Positions 9,319-17,630 of a DNA stretch of 17,630 nt are shown here, in pieces (the first letter of the stretch is position 1; every line of letters begins with the position of its first letter). The position numbers were made by a program, and so were the translations under genes. Under the pieces are notes generated by a model. The model ran no database searches, was not told the DNA's origin, and saw only the letters and a program-made list of their open reading frames with translations. The stretch comes from Paraspadella gotoi (lineage: Eukaryota > Animalia > Chaetognatha): NCBI GenBank assembly GCA_051294375.1, contig JBJCIZ010000020.1:1-17630 (forward strand), in the 5' to 3' direction.

Positions 9319-10107
9319 TTACCGAAACAATAAGGCTTGTGCGTTTAACAGTTTCAGGGGGGTCTTGTACCATTCTACTTCAACTACATTTACTCGAATG
9401 CCGAAAAATACGGAGGGGATGTACCTATTTGTACTCAGACGATTAAACCATCCTAAATTAGGTATGTTCTGAGGCAAAATACTAATAGATTCACGATGAT
9501 CAATAAAAATTTTATCACTACGGACATGCAAGTCCATTCCAAAATGTAAAATACTAGCTAAATTTTCTACTTGTTTCATACTTAATCTTCCATTATAAAT
9601 TAAGTACTTACCAACATTGGAATGTTGTATGTTCTGCGCTAGAGAGTATAACAACCAATACTCTTGGAAGTCTGACATAATTAATCCTTTACCGAATTGT
9701 AAGACTTCTGCAAATACACAACCACACGAACTAACTTTTCCTGTGAGCTCAATAGAGGCAAATTGATATTTTCCGTTATCTGTAGCTTCTTTAAACCATC
9801 TCACTAATCGTAATATGTCTTCCACCTCATTCATCTCTGTTAAACGTCTAGAAATAATAATATGTACATGCTGATAAGCAGCGCTTTCAAATGCCGCCTG
9901 TATCGGCCAGAGTTCCTCTGTTTCGCACAGTGTGAGGATTAATGTTTTTCTAGGGAGGACGTTGAACAGTGTAGAGCTCTCTACTTGGATTTCCAAGACG
10001 CTTTCGAAGATCATTGACGCTTCGGCCGCCGCCATCTTGTCTCGAGTCGGGAGATACGCCATAATATCTCGTTTCACGTCCGCCGGTAATTCTCCGATTG
10101 TAGTCAT
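9319..10107 (-). CDS. F-box domain protein
   Basis: The N-terminus IGELPADVKRDIMAYLPTRDKMAAAEASMIF follows the F-box pattern (LP..v...I..YL...D). The remaining ~220 aa were not recognised. Confidence 0.75.
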   Translation of the reverse strand: MTTIGELPADVKRDIMAYLPTRDKMAAAEASMIFESVLEIQVESSTLFNVLPRKTLILTLCETEELWPIQAAFESAAYQHVHIIISRRLTEMNEVEDILRLVRWFKEATDNGKYQFASIELTGKVSSCGCVFAEVLQFGKGLIMSDFQEYWLLYSLAQNIQHSNVGKYLIYNGRLSMKQVENLASILHFGMDLHVRSDKIFIDHRESISILPQNIPNLGWFNRLSTNRYIPSVFFGIRVNVVEVEWYKTPLKLLNAQALLFR

Positions 10108-10208
10108 CTGAGGAGGAATTAAAATTTTCTATCAATATACGTCTATTACAATTATAACCGTTACTAATTAATTATAGGGGCAAGGTTAACCGTACACTCT
10201 TGTCATCA

Positions 10209-10442
10209 CTAAAAACCGAATAAGTAAGTTTGACAGAAAATTTCATAGGCAGCGGCACCTATACCTGGCGATAATATAATATACGTACGAATTACGTAAC
10301 AAAACCTCCAGCCTTTTGAGGTTTTCATTGTAAAATTAAACCAGACGATCGGGATTTTCCAAGGACCACAAGGATTTTTCACTGAGAAAAGCCGGTGTCT
10401 TAGTCTGGACCGTCTAAGGATGACCACCCTTCCCTTTTTCAT
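10209..10442 (-). CDS. Candidate small basic protein (77 aa)
   Basis: ATG start with a CAG 9 nt upstream. Arg/Lys-rich N-terminus MKKGRVVILRRSRLRHR. Same strand as all element genes. Confidence 0.4.
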   Translation of the reverse strand: MKKGRVVILRRSRLRHRLFSVKNPCGPWKIPIVWFNFTMKTSKGWRFCYVIRTYIILSPGIGAAAYEIFCQTYLFGF

Positions 10443-10682
10443 TTTAGTTGGCTGGCCGGGCCGGATATAAAATTTTCCCTTAGGTCACCTTATAAACCCA
10501 TGACCAATAGCCGCGGTTTTCTAACGACCACAAGTGCGCACCACCCTGCGTCCACTTCACCCTCGTCTCTCTATAATTCAATATTGAATTACAACCATTA
10601 AAATAAACACAATAGTAGGTTAATCGCCGTCACTAAATTATCCCAGGCTTGGCACCACCCCTGCCATTTAATGCTTTCCTTA

Positions 10683-13631
10683 CTACAGTTCCTCTACATC
10701 TTTAGAAGCAAGAATCCGAAAACTACCCTCTTTTCCTCCTTGCTTCCTTTTCCAGACAAATCTAACCAATCCCACTCCGATATTTCCTTCCAACTCCGTT
10801 TCCTTTTGCATTTTTTTCAGTGATCGTCTAAGTTGTACTTCTTTACCCTCCCCATAATTAACTTCTACTACTTCATTATTTATTATTAACTCCTGATTTT
10901 CGTCAAAATCTTCCTTAGTGGGTTTTTCCACTTTAAACCATGATCTTAAGATAGGGCTACCATAATCAGTATAAAGCCTCAAAATGGGCTTTTCCATTTT
11001 AACCGCCATTCTTTCCTCCTCGTTGGCTTCAAATCCATACGGAACTCTACTCAGAATGTCAGCTACAATCATTTCCCTACTGTCCCCAGGTTTATGGTGA
11101 ACCTCAAAGTTAAATTGAGATAGAAAATTTAACCATCTGCTAATCTTTTGAGAGGAGTCTCTCATAGTAGAAACATATCTTAAACTACTATGGTCTGAGA
11201 AGACAATAAAGGGGGATGTTAAGTAATGTCTATATTTTTTAACCCAATGGGCAATAGCAAAACACTCTTTCTCCGTTGTACTCCACGAAACTTCGGCTGC
11301 CTTCAGCGTGCGCGATCCATAAGCTAATAAACTTAATTCTCCGTCAGGTTTTAATTGCGACAGAGTAGCGCCGATCCCTTTTCCTGATGCATCGGTAGTT
11401 AATATCATGGGGAAATTAGGATCATAATAATTTCGTATAGGGGCACTTATTAATTTTTGTTTTAAGGTATCCATGGCAACTTGACACTCATCCGTCCATC
11501 TAAATGGAACACCTTTTCTTGTTAGATTAATAATGGGAGCTAAAATCTGACTATGAGATTTAATAAAAGTCCTATAATAATTACAAATCCCAAGGAACCT
11601 TTGGACGCCTTTAACATTTTTAGGTATAGGAAACTCAGTAATTGCGTCAACTATATGTTTACACGTTTTTATGCCTTTATCAGAAATTACAAAACCTAAA
11701 AATTCTACCGACGATTGAAATAATTTACATTTTACCGCTCTTAATTTCATACCTCCCTCTTTTAATTTTTTAAGTACCCGGATTAATCTCTCATGTGCCT
11801 CTTCTAAAGTTTCCCCAAAAATTATCACGTCGTCTATGTAAACGACAGCCTCCTTCCAACACAACTCTCCTAGAACTTCCTCCATTAATGCTTGATAACT
11901 TGTTGGCCCCGAATTTAAGCCAAACGGAAGTCTTTTAAACTCAAATAGCCCTTTCCTAGTAGAAAAGGCCGTTATTGGCCGCGATTCCTCCTCCAAGGGG
12001 CATTGATGATACCCCTGGAAAAGATCTAACGTGTGAAACCATTTCTGGCCACGAAATTGATCTAACAGTTGTTCTATATTAGGCAACGGATGGGCTAATG
12101 GAGCAACGCACAATGAATTAACTGCTCGGTAATCAATGCACAGTCGCCACCGGTTCTTCCGTTCCTCCCAAGATAAAACTATTCTGGAGTTCCAATTACT
12201 ATTGGAGGGCTGTACTATATCTTGTTTTATCAGTTTCTGGACTTCCTTATCTATAAAGGCATTCTGTTCTTCACTAAATTTACGATTTTTCTGCTTTACA
12301 GGATTAGTATTAGGTTTAAGGATTATTTTATGTCTAGTCTTAGTAGTATGGCCTACTGGTCGATCCTCCCACTGAAAGACTTCTTTATGCTCATCTAATA
12401 TTTTTCTTACTTTAGCTTTTTCCTCATCACTAAGCTCTGATTTTTCTAGCCCAAAATTTACCTCATCTAGTCTTTTACTATCAAAATCCTCATAGACCAT
12501 AGTATCTTCTACACACTCGTCACTCTCTAAACACTCAGCGAATTCTTCCTCATAATTTTTCCCATCCCCCACTGTATTTATTAATATAGGCATAGGACGT
12601 GAAAAAGAAAATGTGCCAAAATCCTCACCTTTCACTAAAGCCAACCTACGGGTCCCTTGGTTTATTACTTGAGTAATTACCACTGGCTTAGCTATGGTCA
12701 AAACCCTACTAGCATTAATACCATATTTCCATATATCTTTAAATGGCTGAATAATACCTTCGCCCCCTTCATTTTTTAGGCCCTCAATTTCTACCCTAAT
12801 ATCACAAGCAGATTGTGGTGGCAGAACGACATCCTCTGCTATTCTAACCTTTCTTACACCCCTCTGATCCTTATACATAAAATTTATATGCATTTGCCCC
12901 GCCTTAGGTTGGAAGCAAGTACCATCTGCTAAATTAACATTAAATGAATGACGGCATATCTCATCTAATCCCAATAGACCTTGAATTTCTAATCCCCTTA
13001 TAACATAAAATTTAATAGTAGCTGAATAATTACGTTTAAAACCATAAAATATAACAGGTAATTTTACGTATCCTATGCACTCGATCTTTGTCCCATTAAC
13101 TGCCTCAAACTGTGAACCATGAGGGTGTAAAATATACCTCTTATCTGAATTAATCATATCATACATTTCTTCTGATAATAAAGTTTTCACGCTACCAGTA
13201 TCAAAGCCCAACCTAGTTTCTATACCCCTTACTCCTACAGTAATATACGTGTAAGTAGGGAGAGACTGGAAATCGTCATAAACTTCTTCTTCTACTATTT
13301 CCAGATCCTTATCAATCTGCGGGCTTTCTTCCTCAACCCACCCAAAAATTTCCTCGGCCCCAGTGATTTTTTCAATTTCTACATTTGAAATTTTTTCCTC
13401 ATGGGACTTATTTTCTTTCTTACTTAACTCTTCATTAACTACTCTTACTTTGGGGCTCTCCTTTACTTCTAAACTTTGTTCCCCGTTTATTTTTGGGATT
13501 ATATTTTTCTCAGTTTGATTGTTTAAATTAAACCGGACCTTTTTCTTTACATCCGTTACCCCTTTTATTTCGCTTTCTAGTTTATTTTTTATCCCAGGCT
13601 GCCCCCCTCGCGGGGGGCTATTTAGTTTAAA
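10683..13631 (-). CDS. pol: Pol: aspartic protease, reverse transcriptase and RNase H, with no integrase; expressed as Gag-Pol by frameshift
   Basis: Frame is stop-free from 13643 to 10683; the track start at 13211 is an internal TTG. Protease: ITVGVRGIETRLGFDTGS. RT: WRLCIDYRAVN, LDLFQGYHQ, LPFGL, YIDD. RNase H: TTDASGKGIGA, TEKECFAI, SDH, ADILSR. Confidence 0.96.
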   Translation of the reverse strand, partial: FKLNSPPRGGQPGIKNKLESEIKGVTDVKKKVRFNLNNQTEKNIIPKINGEQSLEVKESPKVRVVNEELSKKENKSHEEKISNVEIEKITGAEEIFGWVEEESPQIDKDLEIVEEEVYDDFQSLPTYTYITVGVRGIETRLGFDTGSVKTLLSEEMYDMINSDKRYILHPHGSQFEAVNGTKIECIGYVKLPVIFYGFKRNYSATIKFYVIRGLEIQGLLGLDEICRHSFNVNLADGTCFQPKAGQMHINFMYKDQRGVRKVRIAEDVVLPPQSACDIRVEIEGLKNEGGEGIIQPFKDIWKYGINASRVLTIAKPVVITQVINQGTRRLALVKGEDFGTFSFSRPMPILINTVGDGKNYEEEFAECLESDECVEDTMVYEDFDSKRLDEVNFGLEKSELSDEEKAKVRKILDEHKEVFQWEDRPVGHTTKTRHKIILKPNTNPVKQKNRKFSEEQNAFIDKEVQKLIKQDIVQPSNSNWNSRIVLSWEERKNRWRLCIDYRAVNSLCVAPLAHPLPNIEQLLDQFRGQKWFHTLDLFQGYHQCPLEEESRPITAFSTRKGLFEFKRLPFGLNSGPTSYQALMEEVLGELCWKEAVVYIDDVIIFGETLEEAHERLIRVLKKLKEGGMKLRAVKCKLFQSSVEFLGFVISDKGIKTCKHIVDAITEFPIPKNVKGVQRFLGICNYYRTFIKSHSQILAPIINLTRKGVPFRWTDECQVAMDTLKQKLISAPIRNYYDPNFPMILTTDASGKGIGATLSQLKPDGELSLLAYGSRTLKAAEVSWSTTEKECFAIAHWVKKYRHYLTSPFIVFSDHSSLRYVSTMRDSSQKISRWLNFLSQFNFEVHHKPGDSREMIVADILSRVPYGFEANEEERMAVKMEKPILRLYTDYGSPILRSWFKVEKPTKEDFDENQELIINNEVVEVNYGEGKEVQLRRSLKKMQKETELEGNIGVGLVRFVWKRKQGGKEGSFRILASKDVEEL
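13601..13631 (-). promoter_or_regulatory. -1 programmed ribosomal frameshift signal (gag-pol)
   Basis: Minus strand T TTA AAC slippery heptamer (13631-13625) in the gag frame just before the gag TAA. It is followed by a 6-nt spacer and the hairpin GCCCCCC-GCGA-GGGGGGC. The -1 frame is open, by manual translation, through to pol. Confidence 0.92.
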
Positions 13632-14971
13632 GGAACCGTGGCATTAGAATTTACCGGTTGTAACGCTGGGACTTGTGAGGGCAAGCCCGTCTGATTATCC
13701 TGTCCCCTTACGCGGTTTTGAGCCTCCCCCAATTCTGTGTTCGCTGGCAACCTAAAAAGTCCTCTTTCTCTATCCTCCCTTTGTATTTTTATAAGGTAAT
13801 TGTCTGCTAATTGTAGAGGACAGTCCCTTCTCAAATGCCCTTTTCTTTCACAACGATAACATGTCACGTTCCTATCCCTATTCCAGTTACTGTCACTTCG
13901 TCTCCTCATATTTCCATTATTACCATTATTATAATTATTGATATTCCTATTATAATTATTCTCATTACCCCAGTTATTGTTATTGATAGGGTTATTATTT
14001 TTACCTTGATTTTGACCTTCCTCATTCACTTTCCCTATAAAACTATTTTGTGCGATAAGCATTTCATCAGCCTTTTCTATGAGCTGATCTAAAGAGGCTT
14101 CTTGACCCACGGTCGCTTTTAAAATCTTACGGTCGGTCAGTGCAACTGATTCATATACCTTAAATCTCATCATCTCAACTGCAAAAGTTCCGGCCGGATC
14201 CATGCCTGCCCTTCGAATATACATGCGACACCTATCAATAAATGTAGTTATACTTTCCTTCGGGTGTTTTTTAGCAGAAAGAAAATTTTCTTTATTTTTC
14301 TGCTCAGACTGAGGATCCAGCTTCCTTCTTAACGCTTGAATTAAAATCTCAGTGCTTATTTTTTCCCTTTCCGTTAGGGTATCATAAGCCCTTTTTGCGG
14401 CCCCATTCAGGCTAGGTGGTAAGGCCGCTACGAACTTTCTTATATCCCAACCGTTACAAGTAATACATGCCTGTACCTTATCCACCCACTCATCAAATTC
14501 CAATCCCACTCCGTCATACGATGGTAACTTCTGATTATTAATTGCCCGCGAATTTTCTTGAGAAATACGTAACCTTTCAAATTCTGATGCCAACGATTCC
14601 ATATCATCCCTATGATATTTTTGTTGATTAAGAATTAAATCCCTATATGTATCCTTATCCTCCTCCGCTTGCTTTTGAATTATATTTATATTCCGCTGCA
14701 TATTCTCATTTTGACACCTTAATACGTCGGAGATCATTTTACCCATCTCTTTTAACGCTTCGCCGATCTCACCCATTTTCAGTACTTTCCCTTTACTCCC
14801 GTCGGTTTCCTTCAAACCCTGGGAATTCTCAGTTACAAATATTTCTTGAGGGAGTTCTAACTCACTCTCCCCTAACCCGCTAGTATCCAGTGAAACCTTA
14901 AATTTTTTAACCGCACTATTAGTTAATTTAGCTGCCTGCCTTTTCGTTAATCTCGATTTTTTATTTTCCAT
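13622..14971 (-). CDS. gag: Gag (coiled-coil N-terminus, capsid-like region, Asn-rich linker, CCHC zinc knuckle)
   Basis: 449 aa ORF. Zinc knuckle CYRCERKGHLRRDC (CX2CX4HX4C). Capsid-like LPSYDG...FDEWV motif. Located between PBS and pol. Confidence 0.93.
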   Translation of the reverse strand: MENKKSRLTKRQAAKLTNSAVKKFKVSLDTSGLGESELELPQEIFVTENSQGLKETDGSKGKVLKMGEIGEALKEMGKMISDVLRCQNENMQRNINIIQKQAEEDKDTYRDLILNQQKYHRDDMESLASEFERLRISQENSRAINNQKLPSYDGVGLEFDEWVDKVQACITCNGWDIRKFVAALPPSLNGAAKRAYDTLTEREKISTEILIQALRRKLDPQSEQKNKENFLSAKKHPKESITTFIDRCRMYIRRAGMDPAGTFAVEMMRFKVYESVALTDRKILKATVGQEASLDQLIEKADEMLIAQNSFIGKVNEEGQNQGKNNNPINNNNWGNENNYNRNINNYNNGNNGNMRRRSDSNWNRDRNVTCYRCERKGHLRRDCPLQLADNYLIKIQREDRERGLFRLPANTELGEAQNRVRGQDNQTGLPSQVPALQPVNSNATVPLN

Positions 14972-15007
14972 AAAATTTAAACTCTTACGTATTTATATTT
15001 CTTATTC

Positions 15008-15268
15008 TTAAGAGTATGTAACACCACAATTAATATCGAGCGACCCGTCACTCACCCTCGTAACAACAATATTATGTATTAAAACCCGTTCAGGCACTGG
15101 CGAAACTGGCAAAGGATTTAACGCGTTCTGTATTAACCTTCTTATTATCTCAGGGTTGATATTGTGAACTCCTGTCACTCTACCCAAATTATTACGTTGG
15201 TTACTATTACTATTATTATTGTTACCGGAACCTTGCCCACTACTATCACACGGTTGCCTTAAAACCAT
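15008..15268 (-). CDS. Candidate 86-aa upstream ORF between PBS and gag
   Basis: ATG at 15268 (MVLRQPCDSS...), open to 15008, filling most of the leader. No recognisable domain. Confidence 0.4.
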   Translation of the reverse strand: MVLRQPCDSSGQGSGNNNNSNSNQRNNLGRVTGVHNINPEIIRRLIQNALNPLPVSPVPERVLIHNIVVTRVSDGSLDINCGVTYS

Positions 15269-15271
15269 AGG

Positions 15272-15279
15272 ACTCACCG
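15272..15279 (-). promoter_or_regulatory. Candidate major 5' splice donor
   Basis: CG|GTGAGT, with the intron starting at 15277, 9 nt downstream of the PBS match. This is where retroviral major donors lie. Confidence 0.65.
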
Positions 15280-15286
15280 ATTCGAA

Positions 15287-15301
15287 CCACGTTGGGCGCC
15301 A
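15287..15301 (-). other. Primer-binding site complementary to the tRNA-Lys(CUU) 3' end
   Basis: Minus strand reads TGGCGCCCAACGTGG, 2 nt after the 5' LTR end. This matches the first 15 nt of the known Lys1,2-type PBS TGGCGCCCAACGTGGGGC. Confidence 0.93.
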
Positions 15302-15303
15302 GT

Positions 15304-16413
15304 TGTAATAAAAATATGGGGGTGGGCTGAGTCCTGGTTGCCGGCGTTGGTGATGTAGTTTTAATTCCGTAAAAGAGCGTGGTTTCCGACGATTACAGAG
15401 TGTGGTAAATGGCGTGTCCACACTCGTCCTGACAGGAATCCTTATCCAAGTTCCACGTATTTAATTATTATTAAATCTGAAATGAGAACAAGAAATATTA
15501 GAACAAGGGTAATTGCAGTATCTACTTATTACTCAGTATCACTTATTTACACAAAAGAATCAATGTATGTCAAAATATGAAACAGTAAAAAAGCGCAAAA
15601 TAGAAAATCCACTTAGAAAAGTTGTAGATGAATCCACAAAATGTTGTGAGTCTGTAATCCACTTTAAATTGAGACCCTCTTTGGCACCCCAAGTCTTGAG
15701 GTATTAAGCCTTCAAGTCTTACTAGACTTTAAACCCGGAGATTATTTTAACCCTTTTTAGTCCTATGGGACTTTTAACCACCTTAGTCTTTAGAGACTCA
15801 GCTATTATAATTTGGGACTTAGACGTTTTCAGTCTCTCCTGGACTTGAACGTTTTTTATCTTTCTTCGGACTTAGACGTTTTCAGTTCTCTCTCTGACTT
15901 GAACGTTTTTTAAGACCTTTTCCAGCCGGACAGAGTTTCACCTTACACACCAGAGGGTCTCAGCAGACTCTCCCAAGGTCTGCAGTGCTCCTCCTTATAT
16001 AGACACTTCTGGTCACATGATCAGCCCTGGGTCTAGCTCTTGCATTTTGGAGGGCTAAATCAACTATCTTGTTGGTTTTTTACTATGCTTTAGCTATTCT
16101 TTGGCTTTGCCAGTGCTAACCTAAAAGTGTTTAGGTCATTTAATTAAACTTGCTTTGCTTTTGCTAAAGCTACTTAATTAGAGAAGCTCATTAAAGTTCC
16201 CTCTGCTTTTGCTTTTGCCTTAGCCAATTCAATTGATAAGCCTATTATAATTCTGTTCTGCTTTTGCTTCTTGCTTTAGCAAGTTTAGTCTCATTGTTAA
16301 TTGCTTTTCTTTAGGAAGAAAGCTATTGCTTATTAGTTAAATTATCAGTTATTCTATGAAACTATAAAATATATAACTACTAATAAAAAATTACCCACCT
16401 CATTTTTATTACA
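15304..16413 (-). repeat. 5' LTR
   Basis: Starts TGTAATAAAA at 15304 and ends TTTTATTACA at 16413. Near-identical to 814-1916 and directly adjacent to the PBS. Confidence 0.96.
15995..16001 (-). promoter_or_regulatory. LTR TATA box (copy in 3' LTR at 1494-1500)
   Basis: Minus strand CTATATAAGG, with a candidate AGT initiation site about 32 nt downstream (15969). Confidence 0.65.
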
Positions 16414-17630
16414 AATATAAAAATAAGTGGTTTGATATTGACTCGATCGAAAAATACTGATTAATACAAACTTTTAAGAAGAAAGTATGTGAATGATATT
16501 AATTTTATGTACATTACATATAACACTCTTGCATAGTCTGATTAATGTCGTTGCTAAGAAAAATGATTGTTTGACGAATCAGTCCGCACATTCTTAATGC
16601 GGAAGTCACCGATTCAACCGTATCGGTGATTTGATTCTTGTTAAATATTGAGTTGAATCATCACGAATAGGAATGCAATTTAATTCTTACTGTTAAATGG
16701 AATAGACAACTAACAAATTAAACTTATTAATTAATTAATTAACTTTGCATTCCCATTGGATTATTACTTAGCTGTTACTAAAATAAGTTGATCAATCGTT
16801 CTTAAATGTGACCTTTTCCGTAACCTTTTTGACCTTTTTGACTTTGGTCACCAGGAGGTCAGCGCCGCCTGTATTAGATTGTGTTCAGTCTCTCACTATG
16901 GTTACGCGCAATCATAGTATTTTTTTTTCAAATTTCTTTCATCATGTACCAACCTCCATCCTTGTCCATCTTTTCCAAAAAAAAAAACCTATTGAGATTG
17001 ATCAAAAAAATATATATAGTTATTTAATTATTATCATCTCCAATTATCAGTCCCACTTCTATCCACATCATAACTGACATTTTTATTTATTATTCCCGAC
17101 TTTACACATTTTCTTAATTAACATTATGCTAATAACTCAATGATCATTAATATTGGATAAGAAGTACTGATTTCTCAATTATTCCATATTAAAATTTAAA
17201 AAAATTCTTTTCTTTACAAAAAAGAACACAGAACAACATTACACGCGTGCAAGGCCGTCGAAGAGTATATTGAAAAGTCTAACGTGAGGTATGTGCAGCA
17301 TATAACAGGAAAAGCACAAAACAGTTGGAGAAAACAAATGTTTTATATTTTACTCATTTTCCCACCCATTTAAGTATTATATTTTTTTTTTCAAAGAATT
17401 AATTCAATTCCAATATTATCAAACAGTTTCTGTTATCATTTTGAGAATAATTCATTTGTTCTTAAGTTATAATATACTAAAAGTTAGATTTATAGAACAT
17501 CTAGAAGAGGAAAAATAATACCCAAGTTATTAAAGTCCGGTCAGTCAGTCACGTGTACATACTCATTGCATACGTGGTTAGCGTCCATCACCACATTCAC
17601 ACTAAATCTCAGCAGTGCGGTAAAATTTCC

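Larger units (their letters stand above)
814..16413 (-). mobile_element. Large Ty3/Gypsy-like LTR retrotransposon with separate integrase ORF and multiple accessory genes
   Basis: Two ~1.1 kb direct repeats with TGT...ACA ends. PBS inside the right repeat, PPT inside the left repeat. gag, PR-RT-RH and integrase all on the minus strand in Gypsy order (IN after RT/RH). Confidence 0.96.

Noticed and set aside
4900-10680. Nested transposon inserted between RNase H and integrase
   Set aside because: No LTRs, TIRs, TSD or transposase/RT seen in the block. Pol and IN each have clean ends and all ORFs are co-oriented. Not fully excluded without other copies.
2107-14883. Plus-strand short ORFs (2107, 2914, 5907, 7796, 7824, 7984, 8226, 12136, 13835, 14647) and out-of-frame minus ORFs (4918, 9950)
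   Set aside because: Antisense or overlapping shadows of real genes or of low-complexity DNA, with no motifs.
15281-15301. tRNA gene
   Set aside because: Only the 3'-terminal 15 nt match. This is a PBS and there is no cloverleaf.
15269-15707. Track ORFs 15008-15421 (5' part) and 15513-15707
   Set aside because: They use non-ATG starts inside the LTR and one runs across the PBS. Only the ATG-initiated part from 15268 was kept as a candidate.
16808-17077. 89-aa plus-strand ORF in the right flank
   Set aside because: GTG start, low complexity, runs through homopolymers, and no recognisable domain.

Overview
Almost the whole window (814-16413, about 15.6 kb, minus strand) is one unusually large Ty3/Gypsy-type LTR retrotransposon in AT-rich eukaryotic DNA, probably from an animal. 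It has two ~1.1 kb LTRs, a tRNA-Lys(CUU) primer-binding site, a polypurine tract, a CCHC gag, and a protease-RT-RNase H pol reached by a classic -1 frameshift (UUUAAAC plus a GNRA hairpin). The architecture is atypical. Pol stops after RNase H, and an intact integrase is a stand-alone ORF 5.8 kb downstream. The element also carries same-strand cargo: an F-box protein, an ankyrin-repeat/SOCS-box protein, two paralogous 3xC2H2 zinc-finger proteins (one decaying), a coiled-coil/Cys-rich protein and several small ORFs. A consensus splice donor lies just after the PBS, and AG acceptor-like sites lie just before most downstream start codons. This suggests complex-retrovirus-like (or operon-like) expression of integrase and accessory ubiquitin-ligase adaptors. 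No env and no target-site duplication are visible. All calls are by-eye motif recognition; no database searches were run.
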